Shown: positions 8,670 to 17,253 of the stretch, in pieces
How the letters are laid out: every line of letters starts with the position of its first letter
Position numbering within the stretch: the first letter of the stretch is position 1
Virus record (IMG/VR): IMGVR_UViG_3300045988_089680
Coordinates: 1 to 64,000 of that record
Reading direction: 5' to 3' (one strand)
DNA: 64,000 nt
DNA from: a virus
Translations under genes and position numbers: made by a program
Notes under the pieces: generated by a model
What the model was told of the DNA's origin: nothing
The model's input: the letters and a program-made list of their open reading frames with translations, nothing else
The model's database searches: none

Positions 8670-9068
8670 ATGAAAATTTACACATCATACTTCGCAAACA
8701 GCAAGAAGTTACACAAGGATAATATTGTAGTTATAGGAATAGCTTTGTACCCTCCTAAGTGGTTTGCCGGACCTTCGTTGAAAATGGTATCACCATCATA
8801 CGACATCCTGCACAATTCACAAGACCATGAGGATTACAAAAAGCGTTTCTTCTCTGAAATATTAGCTCATAGAGACCCAAAAGTATTCCTCTCCAACATA
8901 GAGAGATTGGCAAATGGTAAAGATGTAGCTCTTTGCTGCTACGAAAAGCCTGACGATTTTTGCCATCGTCATTTGGTTGCAAAATGGATGAACGAGAAAT
9001 TAGGTCTTCAAATCCAAGAGTATGGGGTTTCTAGGAATCCAACATACATAGAACAGAGTTTGTTTTAG
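8670..9068 (+). CDS. DUF488-family protein
   Basis: 132 aa. The LCCYEKPDDFCHRHLVAKWM motif is typical of DUF488. Confidence 0.55.
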   Translation: MKIYTSYFANSKKLHKDNIVVIGIALYPPKWFAGPSLKMVSPSYDILHNSQDHEDYKKRFFSEILAHRDPKVFLSNIERLANGKDVALCCYEKPDDFCHRHLVAKWMNEKLGLQIQEYGVSRNPTYIEQSLF

Positions 9069-9147
9069 TAAAGTATATTAATATACCGTATGGTTGACAG
9101 CTCGGAAAGACGAGCATTTTTGCGTGTAAAGTAATTTGTTATATTAA

Positions 9148-9220
9148 GCGGAGATAGCTCAGTTAGCAGAGCGCAATGTGTCCATCATTGAGGTCGTTGG
9201 TGCAGTTCCAACTCTCCGCT
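9148..9220 (+). tRNA. atypical tRNA-Gly(UCC)-like gene
   Basis: Cloverleaf folded by hand. The acceptor stem is gcggaga/tctccgc, the anticodon stem caatg/cattg with loop tgTCCat, and the T stem gttgg/ccaac. Discriminator is T. Non-canonical features are G at position 33, a D loop lacking GG, and a T loop TGCAGTT instead of TTCRANT. Confidence 0.55.
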
Positions 9221-9235
9221 CTAAATACTAAGAGC

Positions 9236-10303
9236 ATGAAAGTTACAATAATTGGAGCAGGAAACATAGGAGTAGCTTTCGCAGCTGACCTTTCTATTAA
9301 GGGACATGAAGTTACACTCCTAAAAACATCTTCATACAAATCAGATGCCTTTGATAGACTTATCAAGAACGGCAACAGGGTTTTTCTTAAAGAAAAATCA
9401 ATTTATACAGAAACTGCAATCAAAGAGGTTTCTAAAGACCTCAGCAAGGTTGCAGACGCAGAAGTTATATTTTGTACTATTCAGAGTAACTTCTATGAAG
9501 GTATAGTAGAACGTATACATCAATACCTTCACAAGGATCAGATTGTAGTCTGTGTCTGTAGTTACGCATCTTCCTTCTATTTTGATAAACATTGCAGAAT
9601 ACTACCAATGTTAGTTGAAGCAACTGGTCCATATTTGGAAGGACGAGTAGAGTTGGATGATAAACCAAACGAAGTTGTTTTTCGTGTTGGTTATAGGCAT
9701 GAAGTCATTCCTGTTTCATGCTTTTCTAATCATGATACATGTATAGAGAAACTGCATAGAATTAGCAAAGGTTTTATAGGAAAATATTGCGTGCTTGAAT
9801 CTGCATTACTCAATCCAAATATGGTGTTGCATACGATAGGTTCAATTATGAGTATTCCGAGAATAGAATATTCAAAGGGAAATTTCTGTATGTATCGTGA
9901 AGCATACGCAAGAGGAAATGACTCCACCATCAATCTATTGATGAGACTTGACGAAGAAAAGATGAAAGTCTTAAAAAACTTGGGCTTTTTCAAAACAAGC
10001 GTATTTGAAGCAGGAGGTTTTAATATGTCAGACCCAATAGAGAGTTTGTATCGTTACTCAGAATCTAATGATAGAGCAATCAGCCCTACGTCTGTTCACT
10101 CACGTTACATCACAGAAGATGTTTCAGAGGGATTGGTACTGATGGAAAGTATTGCCAATCATATAGGCTTAGAGCTTCCGGTTACATCATCCCTCATTAC
10201 GCTTGCAAGTGTAGCTTTAGGGATTGACTTCCGAAAGACAGGAAGAACTATTCAGAGATTAGGTATTGTTAACGAAATAGATATGCTTCATGAATGTAGA
10301 TAG
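9236..10303 (+). CDS. NAD(P)-dependent opine (octopine/nopaline) dehydrogenase-family protein
   Basis: Rossmann motif MKVTIIGAGNIGVAFA, plus C-terminal RYITEDVSEGLVLMESIA typical of the octopine_DH helical domain. I moved the start off the tRNA-overlapping track ORF (9176). Confidence 0.6.
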   Translation: MKVTIIGAGNIGVAFAADLSIKGHEVTLLKTSSYKSDAFDRLIKNGNRVFLKEKSIYTETAIKEVSKDLSKVADAEVIFCTIQSNFYEGIVERIHQYLHKDQIVVCVCSYASSFYFDKHCRILPMLVEATGPYLEGRVELDDKPNEVVFRVGYRHEVIPVSCFSNHDTCIEKLHRISKGFIGKYCVLESALLNPNMVLHTIGSIMSIPRIEYSKGNFCMYREAYARGNDSTINLLMRLDEEKMKVLKNLGFFKTSVFEAGGFNMSDPIESLYRYSESNDRAISPTSVHSRYITEDVSEGLVLMESIANHIGLELPVTSSLITLASVALGIDFRKTGRTIQRLGIVNEIDMLHECR

Positions 10304-12368
10304 CGACATAAAAAACAGAACTTTCGGTATTGAAATCGAAATGTGCAATCTTGAAAGGGCGAAGGTAAATTTGCCCGAAGGTTACTCCTGGAGCAAGGAA
10401 GAGAGCATTGATAATACCGATTGTTCAAGCAATAAGCAGTTTGGTGGAGAGGTGAATACCCCTCCACTACATCTTTGCTGCCTAAAAGAGCTGCATGACC
10501 TCCGTTCTGTATACGAATCGATGGTTGTTGCAGGTGGCAAGATTAAGTGGAGTATAGATACTCATGTCCATATATATGTAGGCGATTTGACAGTCGATCA
10601 GCTAAAGAAAGTATATCTATTCTTTTATGTCTGCTATCCATATTTTAAAAGATATGCGAAAATTTCAGATTGGGATGAAAACATATTCAATGCAAAACCT
10701 ATTCCTACAGAAAAATATTTCGAAGGAGTAAAAAATGCACAGACGTTTGATGATTTACAAACTCTCTTCACTAATCAGTCTAAGAAGGGGTTCATACGTC
10801 ATGCAGTGAATATCTCGGCATATTTTAAGACAAAGACGATAGAATTCAGAACGTTTCATGCAACTGATGATTTCTATCGAGCTATGAATTGTGTGTATTC
10901 TGCATATCGCATATTCTATTACGCCATAAGCCACGAATTGGAAGATTATCAATCCATAACATCTTACAAGCAATTTTGTGAGGTTACGGGGCTTAAATAT
11001 GATACTCCAGAAGAGTTATGTCCACTCCTATACCAAGGGAATCCATATAGCGCAATAGAAGCTTTTATGACTATGCCTTTGCCCTACAATTCTAAAATGG
11101 TTTCAGTTCTGTATGATGCCATAAAAGCTAACGGACACAAGGAAATCTGCATAGTAAATGGCTTCATGTATTACTATGAGTTATTCTTCCTTGATAAGGT
11201 GGAAGTATCTATATACTGCCAAGATGCCTACTGCTATCTGCTCTATATGTTGGCAAATGGCAAAACATCACTTACATATAAGGATAAGCTTGCATGGTTA
11301 GAAGATTACAATAACCCGACACCATCAAGACAGCTTGCTTTGGCTCTTTATGCGGTGAAACTGCAAAAGTATTTCATGAGCGAATCGGCAAGAAATAGTG
11401 CCATCTTCGAAGCGTTGAAAATTAAGGCAAGGGAATCTATCGAGAAAACCGAGCAGGTAAATGAGCGATTGATGAGATTACTCACAACATGTGATTTCCA
11501 TGTCGGAACACTAGAAGAAGCCATTAAGAATAAGAAGGTAATCTTCTTTAATTACGGAAGAAAAGAGAAGAATCAGAAGAGAGCATTCAAACTCATTTCT
11601 GAGAACAGTGACTTAAAATCGGACTTTTCAGTCGCAAGAAACGACTATTACAATCTTGTGGAAAGTATTCCTAGCGATAGCTATTTCTACTATTTTAGCA
11701 ATAGTCCTTACCTGAGAAACTTGCATAAAATTGCTTTAATGGACAGTTCAACTGGTGAAAGGTGGGCGGCTGGAAGATACTTATACTGCAATAAGCCAAT
11801 TGTAAAAAAAAGTGTAAACACATCGTATACTTCGTTCAGAGATGAGTGCAACGAGATTGTCCCACCAGACAACTTAGAGATCAGCAACCCAAACTTGTTG
11901 AAAATAGAGGTAGTTTCACCACCGCTGCTGAAGAATCTTCAAAGAAAGTATATCAAAAAGATAGATCAAGTTTCCAGTGCGGTATTCCCATTTGTGGTTA
12001 AGTACGATAAATATACTCTTGGGGGATTTGGATTTACGTTATCTAAGTATGACAAATACGACTTGTTCCAAATTTCGGATTTTTGCACCAACAACGCAAT
12101 TCCAAGGTTGAGTAAGCTAATTCTTTACTGCGTTTTATCCGTAGGAGTACAGAAATATCTTAATAGGAGAATGCACAAGTTTATCAACAAGGTTCTATCT
12201 CTTGCTTACACACATAAGCCAGTGAGTATGAAATATCGTGGTGTGTACAAAAAAGTTAAAGAGCACTGCACATCATCTTATCTTGCTTACGAAGGAATAC
12301 TTGGTCTATACCCTACGAGTAAGGAAATCATCGAGAAATATCAAAAATCGTTGAAGAATGGAAAATGA
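10290..12368 (+). CDS. amidoligase (COOH-NH2 ligase, glutamine-synthetase-like fold) domain protein with a ~475-aa unknown C-terminal region
   Basis: N-terminal motifs FGIEIEM, GGEVNTPPL, THVHIY, RHAVNISAY and TIEFRTFHAT match Amidoligase_2. It overlaps the upstream gene by 14 nt. Confidence 0.6.
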   Translation: MNVDSDIKNRTFGIEIEMCNLERAKVNLPEGYSWSKEESIDNTDCSSNKQFGGEVNTPPLHLCCLKELHDLRSVYESMVVAGGKIKWSIDTHVHIYVGDLTVDQLKKVYLFFYVCYPYFKRYAKISDWDENIFNAKPIPTEKYFEGVKNAQTFDDLQTLFTNQSKKGFIRHAVNISAYFKTKTIEFRTFHATDDFYRAMNCVYSAYRIFYYAISHELEDYQSITSYKQFCEVTGLKYDTPEELCPLLYQGNPYSAIEAFMTMPLPYNSKMVSVLYDAIKANGHKEICIVNGFMYYYELFFLDKVEVSIYCQDAYCYLLYMLANGKTSLTYKDKLAWLEDYNNPTPSRQLALALYAVKLQKYFMSESARNSAIFEALKIKARESIEKTEQVNERLMRLLTTCDFHVGTLEEAIKNKKVIFFNYGRKEKNQKRAFKLISENSDLKSDFSVARNDYYNLVESIPSDSYFYYFSNSPYLRNLHKIALMDSSTGERWAAGRYLYCNKPIVKKSVNTSYTSFRDECNEIVPPDNLEISNPNLLKIEVVSPPLLKNLQRKYIKKIDQVSSAVFPFVVKYDKYTLGGFGFTLSKYDKYDLFQISDFCTNNAIPRLSKLILYCVLSVGVQKYLNRRMHKFINKVLSLAYTHKPVSMKYRGVYKKVKEHCTSSYLAYEGILGLYPTSKEIIEKYQKSLKNGK

Positions 12369-13086
12369 AGATAGATGGAAATACGCAAAAGTTGATATAA
12401 ACCTCATAGATGAGGTAGAAATCAATGCAAACGAAATGTCGGGTGAAGACTTCGCCCAACTAACAGACAACATTGCTAAGTCTGGATTGAGTAGTGTGCC
12501 TACCTGTATCAAGAAGGATAATGGTAGATACATCATGATCAGCGGTAATCATCGTTTGAGGGCTTGCAAGAAACTGCACTATAAAATGCTTGGCATCTTA
12601 TATGTAGAAGAGAGCGAGATTACAAATGATGAAGCTATTGCTATTGAATTATCTCACAACTCCCTTCATGGTGAAGCTAATGTTAGCATTTTGAAGAAGT
12701 TGTTTGCATCAATTCAATCTATCGACTTTAAGAAGTTTGCCCATGTGAACATCGACGAGATTAAGCCAATAAGCACAGAGGGTATAGATGTATATGCCAT
12801 GCAGGAGAATTTCGTATTCACCATCATCCTCTACCCTAGTTCATTTGCTAGTCTGGACACATTGTATGGAGACATTCGTGAGCAAGCTCGCAAAAGTGAT
12901 GCTCTAGTTCTAGCTTCCGAAGAAGATAACGAGAAGACCCTGCTTAAGATTCAACAGGACATAGGTAAGGAGTTTGGCATAAAATCTCCAAGTATCTCAT
13001 TTGCCAAATTGCTAGAGTTAGCGAGTGAACGTTTAATCGAAATAAAGGAAGGAGAAAAAGAAAATGATTTGGAGCATAACAAGTAA
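12358..13086 (+). CDS. ParB/Srx-fold (ParB N-terminal domain-like) protein
   Basis: Motifs YIMISGNHRLRACKKL and IELSHNSLHGE. It overlaps the upstream gene by 11 nt. Confidence 0.6.
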   Translation: MENEDRWKYAKVDINLIDEVEINANEMSGEDFAQLTDNIAKSGLSSVPTCIKKDNGRYIMISGNHRLRACKKLHYKMLGILYVEESEITNDEAIAIELSHNSLHGEANVSILKKLFASIQSIDFKKFAHVNIDEIKPISTEGIDVYAMQENFVFTIILYPSSFASLDTLYGDIREQARKSDALVLASEEDNEKTLLKIQQDIGKEFGIKSPSISFAKLLELASERLIEIKEGEKENDLEHNK

Positions 13087-13927
13087 AGAAGAGATGGAGA
13101 GCTATGGAATTTCTTCCGTCTTCAAATATTATCGAGAAGCCTTAGGAAAAGAAAATGTCAAACTAGCTGTTGTAGATGAAAACGATAAGCTAGACTTCTT
13201 ACAAAAGGAAGATGTGGCATTACTTAGAACCGCAAGTGAATCTCTCATCAAGACTATCCGAGCAAAAGGTGTAAAAACAACTGCAGAGGATTTCTCTAAA
13301 TACGAATTGGTTAAGGATAAGGAAAAGGTCTTCCGTTTCCTTTGTTTTTGCGGTATTAGGGCACCGAAGCAATATCAAAACCATTTATCATCATTACAAG
13401 AAGGTAAGACATATTTTGTTAAACCTAGATATGGCAGTGATAGCTTTGGTATATCAGAGAAAAGCATCTGTCGTACCCCCAAAAAGGTAATAGAACAGAT
13501 GAGATACATTAAAGAAGAGCTTGGAATGGAAAGTATAGTTGAGGAGTATATTGCTGGCTCTGATTGCACAGTAACGTGCATTAATAACTGCACAACAAAC
13601 GAGCTACTTCTGTGTTCAATCTCGATTGATTGCGACGAAACCAATGGCATCCAAACACGAGACTGTAAGGTTGGTTTTAAAGAATGCTGTTCAGCAATAA
13701 ATGATGTTGAGTTAAATCGTTTGGCAAGCGAAATATTCCATTACTTAGAATTAAAGTCTCACGCAAGAATTGATTTTCGCAAGGGAATAGATGGTAGATA
13801 TTATCCTATAGATATCAATCTGCTTCCTGGGCTTGGTCCATTAGACCATCTTTCGAAATCACTTTTGTTGTGCAAGAATATGTCGTATATAGATGCTTTG
13901 AAAGCAGTCATAGCATCTGCAAGTTAG
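13064..13927 (+). CDS. ATP-grasp ligase (D-Ala-D-Ala ligase-like)
   Basis: Motifs YFVKPRYGSDSFGI, VEEYIAGSDCTV and ARIDFRKG..YPIDINLLPGLGP. It overlaps the upstream gene by 23 nt. Confidence 0.6.
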   Translation: MIWSITSKEEMESYGISSVFKYYREALGKENVKLAVVDENDKLDFLQKEDVALLRTASESLIKTIRAKGVKTTAEDFSKYELVKDKEKVFRFLCFCGIRAPKQYQNHLSSLQEGKTYFVKPRYGSDSFGISEKSICRTPKKVIEQMRYIKEELGMESIVEEYIAGSDCTVTCINNCTTNELLLCSISIDCDETNGIQTRDCKVGFKECCSAINDVELNRLASEIFHYLELKSHARIDFRKGIDGRYYPIDINLLPGLGPLDHLSKSLLLCKNMSYIDALKAVIASAS

Positions 13928-13938
13928 AAAGGTTGATT

Positions 13939-14286
13939 ATGGCAAAGGTAAGAAGAACAGAATTAAAAAAGATTGCCGCTGCTTACGAAAAGAAGGGCGG
14001 CAATATGGCTGCTACGGCAGTAGCTTTGGGCATTACACGCCAAGCCTTATATAACTGGAGAAAAGAGGATGAGAAGTTAGCCAAGATGTTGGACGATATA
14101 GATGAAGGCATTCTTGACTTTACTGAAAGCAAGTTGGTTGAAAAGGTGAACGAAGGCAACCTAACTGCAATAATCTTCCTTCTGAAAACCAAGGGCAAGA
14201 AGCGTGGCTATGTCGAGCAAGTAGATAACAGATTAGTAGAAAATCCATTCGAGAAGTTAATGAAGGAGCTTCCCGATGATGATTAG
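13939..14286 (+). CDS. terS: terminase small subunit
   Basis: HTH segment AATAVALGITRQALYNWRKE plus IIFLLKTKGKKRGY. It lies just upstream of terL. I chose the ATG at 13939 rather than the track start at 13870. Confidence 0.65.
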   Translation: MAKVRRTELKKIAAAYEKKGGNMAATAVALGITRQALYNWRKEDEKLAKMLDDIDEGILDFTESKLVEKVNEGNLTAIIFLLKTKGKKRGYVEQVDNRLVENPFEKLMKELPDDD

Positions 14287-14398
14287 AAAGTAGGGAAAAT
14301 GGGGATATAAGCAATGATACGAGAGTAATGAGAACTGGGAGTTTCTTATGCAAGACGTATTATAAATAAAAGATAGTAATATTTCACAATAAATAGGA

Positions 14399-14803
14399 AT
14401 GAGTAAACGAGGATATTACGAATACAACCCTGTTATTTATCCACGGATATTATGCGTCGCGATTGGAATGAACCAAGAAGATGCAAATAAATGCTTTGAA
14501 GGTAGAAATGATGAAATACTGATGGTTGACTTCAGAAACTCTGATGCACTTACTTTCGATAGCGTAATTCAGAAAAAAGATGGAAAATATGCCGTGTTTG
14601 TAAACTTTGCAAATAAGTCTGCAATGACTATGGGTATTTGCTGCCATGAGGCAAGTCATGTTTGTGATGCGATAGAAGAAGATATTGGCATGAAACACGG
14701 GGGTGAGCCATCTGCCTATCTTATTGGTTGGATATCCTCATGTATCAACAAGGCTCGTTTGGGCATTGGTGATTTCGTAGAGATTAAGGATAGAGAAAAA
14801 TAA
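14399..14803 (+). CDS. small HExxH metallopeptidase-like protein
   Basis: 134 aa with CCHEASHVCDAIEEDIG...GEPSAYLIGW. A paralog is at 46911-47327. Confidence 0.5.
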   Translation: MSKRGYYEYNPVIYPRILCVAIGMNQEDANKCFEGRNDEILMVDFRNSDALTFDSVIQKKDGKYAVFVNFANKSAMTMGICCHEASHVCDAIEEDIGMKHGGEPSAYLIGWISSCINKARLGIGDFVEIKDREK

Positions 14804-14816
14804 TATTATAAAGAAG

Positions 14817-16331
14817 ATGTTTGAACAGAAGGCTAAAAAGAAAATGATTGCATGGCGCAATGATTGGTGTCTCTTCGCCAAAGAAGTCTTGAAGGCTCAC
14901 CTTGACGAAGAGCAAAAGGCTATATTGCGTTCTGTTCAAAAGAATAAAATGACAACGGTAGCCAGTGGAACTGCAAGGGGTAAGGATTACATCGCTGCCG
15001 TAGCTGCTTTATGTTTCCTCTACCTCACTCCTCGCTTTGGTAAGGATGGCAGTTTGGAAAAGAATACCAAGATTGCCCTTACGGCGCCGACAGGAAGACA
15101 GGTAACAAACATCATGATTCCAGAGGTAGCACGTTTATACAAGAAGGCCGGCTTTCTTCCCGGTCGTTTGTTGGCGGATGGTATCAGAACCAATTATGAG
15201 GAATGGTATTTGACTGGTTTCAAGTCTTCCGACGACAACATAGAGGCATGGTCGGGATTTCACGCAGTAAACACCATGTTCATCGTAACCGAAGCTTCGG
15301 GTATCTCAGATACCATCTATAATGCAATCGAAGGTAACCTACAGGGAAACTCTCGATTGCTATTGGTATTCAACCCTAACGTTACAACGGGATATGCAGC
15401 CAATTCCATGAAGTCTCCTCGTTTCAAGAAGTTCAGACTATCATCCCTTAACGCAGAGAATGTAGTCAGAAAAAAAATTATTATTCCTGGTCAAGTTGAC
15501 TATGAATGGGTAGCTGACAAGGTCTCAGCATGGGCACAGAAAATCAGAAAGTCTGAGTTTGATGAAGGTCGTGGCGACTTTATTTGGGAAGGAGGCTATT
15601 ATACTCCCAACGACCTCTTCCGCGTTAAGGTTCTCGGTATATTCCCGAAGGTTTCAGAAGATACTCTCATCCCTTACGAATGGTGTGAGATTGCACATAA
15701 ACGATGGGAAGAGCTCAAAGAAAGTGGATTCATCACCCATAAACCAGTACGCTTAGGTGTCGATGTAGCGGGTATGGGTCGCGATAGGTCTTGCTTCATT
15801 CCAAGACAAGGGAATTATGTATCAGAAATAAGATGTCATAACTCAGGAGGAAGGGCAGATCACATGGCAGTCGCAGGTCAAGTAGCTAACTATCTTAAAA
15901 CGGATCACCGTAACAAGGCATTCATTGATACAATAGGTGAGGGAGCGGGTGTTTACTCACGATTGATAGAACAGAATATACTAACAGCATTCTCCTGTAA
16001 GTTTTCTGAAGGAGTGAGAAACAAACATGATGTCACTGGTTGTTACACATTCGCTAATATGAGAGCCTATTTATTTTGGTGTATCCGTGATTGGCTTAAT
16101 CCAAAGAATGGCTTTTTTGCAGCTCTTCCACCAGATGAAGAGTTAGACCAAGAATTGTGCGAGCCACATTGGTTCTTTCAGTCTGATGGCTCCATCATCA
16201 TAGAGCCGAAAGAAGAAATCAAAAAACGCCTCAAACGCTCTCCCGATAAGATGGACGCACTTGCTAATACATTCTATCCATATGACTATGATAAGGATAA
16301 TGATATTCAACTATTAAATAGTGTTGTATAG
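14817..16331 (+). CDS. terL: terminase large subunit
   Basis: 504 aa. Features are a Walker A-like SGTARGKD, ALTAPTGRQ, a Walker B-like FIVTEASG, and the nuclease-domain motif GVDVAGMGRDRS. Confidence 0.85.
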   Translation: MFEQKAKKKMIAWRNDWCLFAKEVLKAHLDEEQKAILRSVQKNKMTTVASGTARGKDYIAAVAALCFLYLTPRFGKDGSLEKNTKIALTAPTGRQVTNIMIPEVARLYKKAGFLPGRLLADGIRTNYEEWYLTGFKSSDDNIEAWSGFHAVNTMFIVTEASGISDTIYNAIEGNLQGNSRLLLVFNPNVTTGYAANSMKSPRFKKFRLSSLNAENVVRKKIIIPGQVDYEWVADKVSAWAQKIRKSEFDEGRGDFIWEGGYYTPNDLFRVKVLGIFPKVSEDTLIPYEWCEIAHKRWEELKESGFITHKPVRLGVDVAGMGRDRSCFIPRQGNYVSEIRCHNSGGRADHMAVAGQVANYLKTDHRNKAFIDTIGEGAGVYSRLIEQNILTAFSCKFSEGVRNKHDVTGCYTFANMRAYLFWCIRDWLNPKNGFFAALPPDEELDQELCEPHWFFQSDGSIIIEPKEEIKKRLKRSPDKMDALANTFYPYDYDKDNDIQLLNSVV

Positions 16332-16333
16332 AT

Positions 16334-16364
16334 TTTGAAAATCGGTAATAAATTTGTAACTTTG
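16334..16364 (+). promoter_or_regulatory. Bacteroidota-type promoter (TTTG-19 nt-TAacTTTG) in the terL-downstream intergenic region
   Basis: TTTG at 16334-16337 and TAACTTTG at 16357-16364, with 19-nt spacing. Confidence 0.5.
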
Positions 16365-16369
16365 CAGTC

Positions 16370-16447
16370 GAATCGTTGTTTTAATTATCTATTAAACGAT
16401 TCATTGCTCTTAGTGCATCTTGACCGTGAGGTTAGGATGCCTTTTTT
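16370..16447 (+). ncRNA. candidate ~78-nt trans-acting antisense sRNA
   Basis: Hairpin 1 is gaatcgtt(16370-77)/aacgattc(16395-402). Then comes a linker, then a terminator hairpin at 16415-16440 plus T6. Positions 16402-16420 are the exact reverse complement of agatgcactaagagcaatg (50526-50544 and 53393-53411). The loop at 16377-16394 is the exact reverse complement of 6535-6552. Confidence 0.45.
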
Positions 16448-16448
16448 A
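16415..16448 (+). terminator. intrinsic terminator
   Basis: 11-bp stem gcatcttgacc/ggttaggatgc (two G-U pairs) with a GTGA loop, followed by cTTTTTT. Confidence 0.7.
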
Positions 16449-16475
16449 TTTCCCATCATTCCCCAATTCATTACT

Positions 16476-16521
16476 CTAAAGCTTATCTAAAGCTTATCTA
16501 AGCCTATCTAAGCTTGTCTAA
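16476..16521 (+). repeat. tandem 10-11-nt repeat (ctaaagcttat x4, degenerate)
   Basis: Four head-to-tail units lie at the 5' edge of leader copy B. Copy A has a single unit. Confidence 0.7.
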
Positions 16522-16732
16522 TAAATTCTCCATATACTTACACATATTTTCATAATCGGTGTGTCACAGCGAAAAATACACACCTACATTACTCCTTGGT
16601 TTAAAAGTTAGCTAAAGTTAAACTATTGGTTATCAGTAAATTACAAGTTTTGAAATTTGGTCAATAGCAAAAAAATGACTACCTTTGCAACAGATAATTA
16701 AAACAATAACAACTTAAAGTTAAAGAGCAATG
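16508..16732 (+). repeat. 224-bp regulatory/leader repeat, copy B (includes promoter TAccTTTG)
   Basis: Aligns with 6354-6577 and ends at the ATG at 16730. Confidence 0.75.
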
Positions 16733-16993
16733 AAAAGATATTATTTGATTTCGTCGGAATATGACATTAAAAAACGTGAAGCAATCCTTAGTACTATTAA
16801 GGATAAAGCAATTGCTTCTTACGCAGACCTCTCAAATGACGAATACAATAGTTTTGCTTTCACAGAGGATGAAGGTAGAGAGGTGTATAAAAAGTTGATG
16901 CAAAAGTATCATTCAAGTGCGGCTTTCTTTGGAGATTCATACGAGGAGGAAGAAATTAAGGAAATGGGGCTTGATGAGTATATAACATTTTAA
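16730..16993 (+). CDS. hypothetical protein
   Basis: 87-aa ORF. Its start lies in the AAGAGCAATG context. Confidence 0.45.
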   Translation: MKRYYLISSEYDIKKREAILSTIKDKAIASYADLSNDEYNSFAFTEDEGREVYKKLMQKYHSSAAFFGDSYEEEEIKEMGLDEYITF

Positions 16994-17235
16994 TGTATAG
17001 AACAATGGAAAATAAAAACAACGTTTCAAAAAAGACTAAATATACAGTTTTAGCTCATACCTTCCATTCTTTTGATGAAGCTTGTGAATATGTGAACCGT
17101 ATTGTTTCCAAGGGTGCGTCTCGTATTATTCCTCCAGTTAAAGCCTGGAGGGAAGGTAAGGTAGTCGCACAATGGGAGCCAACAGTAACTAAAGATGGTA
17201 TTAGTTACAAGTCAAATGGTAATGTTAGTATTTAA
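16993..17235 (+). CDS. hypothetical protein
   Basis: 80-aa ORF. Its start overlaps the previous stop. Confidence 0.4.
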   Translation: MYRTMENKNNVSKKTKYTVLAHTFHSFDEACEYVNRIVSKGASRIIPPVKAWREGKVVAQWEPTVTKDGISYKSNGNVSI

Positions 17236-17253
17236 TTATAAAAAATAAGAGCA

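Noticed and set aside
9176-9235. N-terminal extension of the opine-dehydrogenase ORF in the track (start at 9176).
   Set aside because: The extension is encoded by the tRNA-like gene sequence. MKVTIIGAGNIG at 9236 is the natural Rossmann N-terminus.
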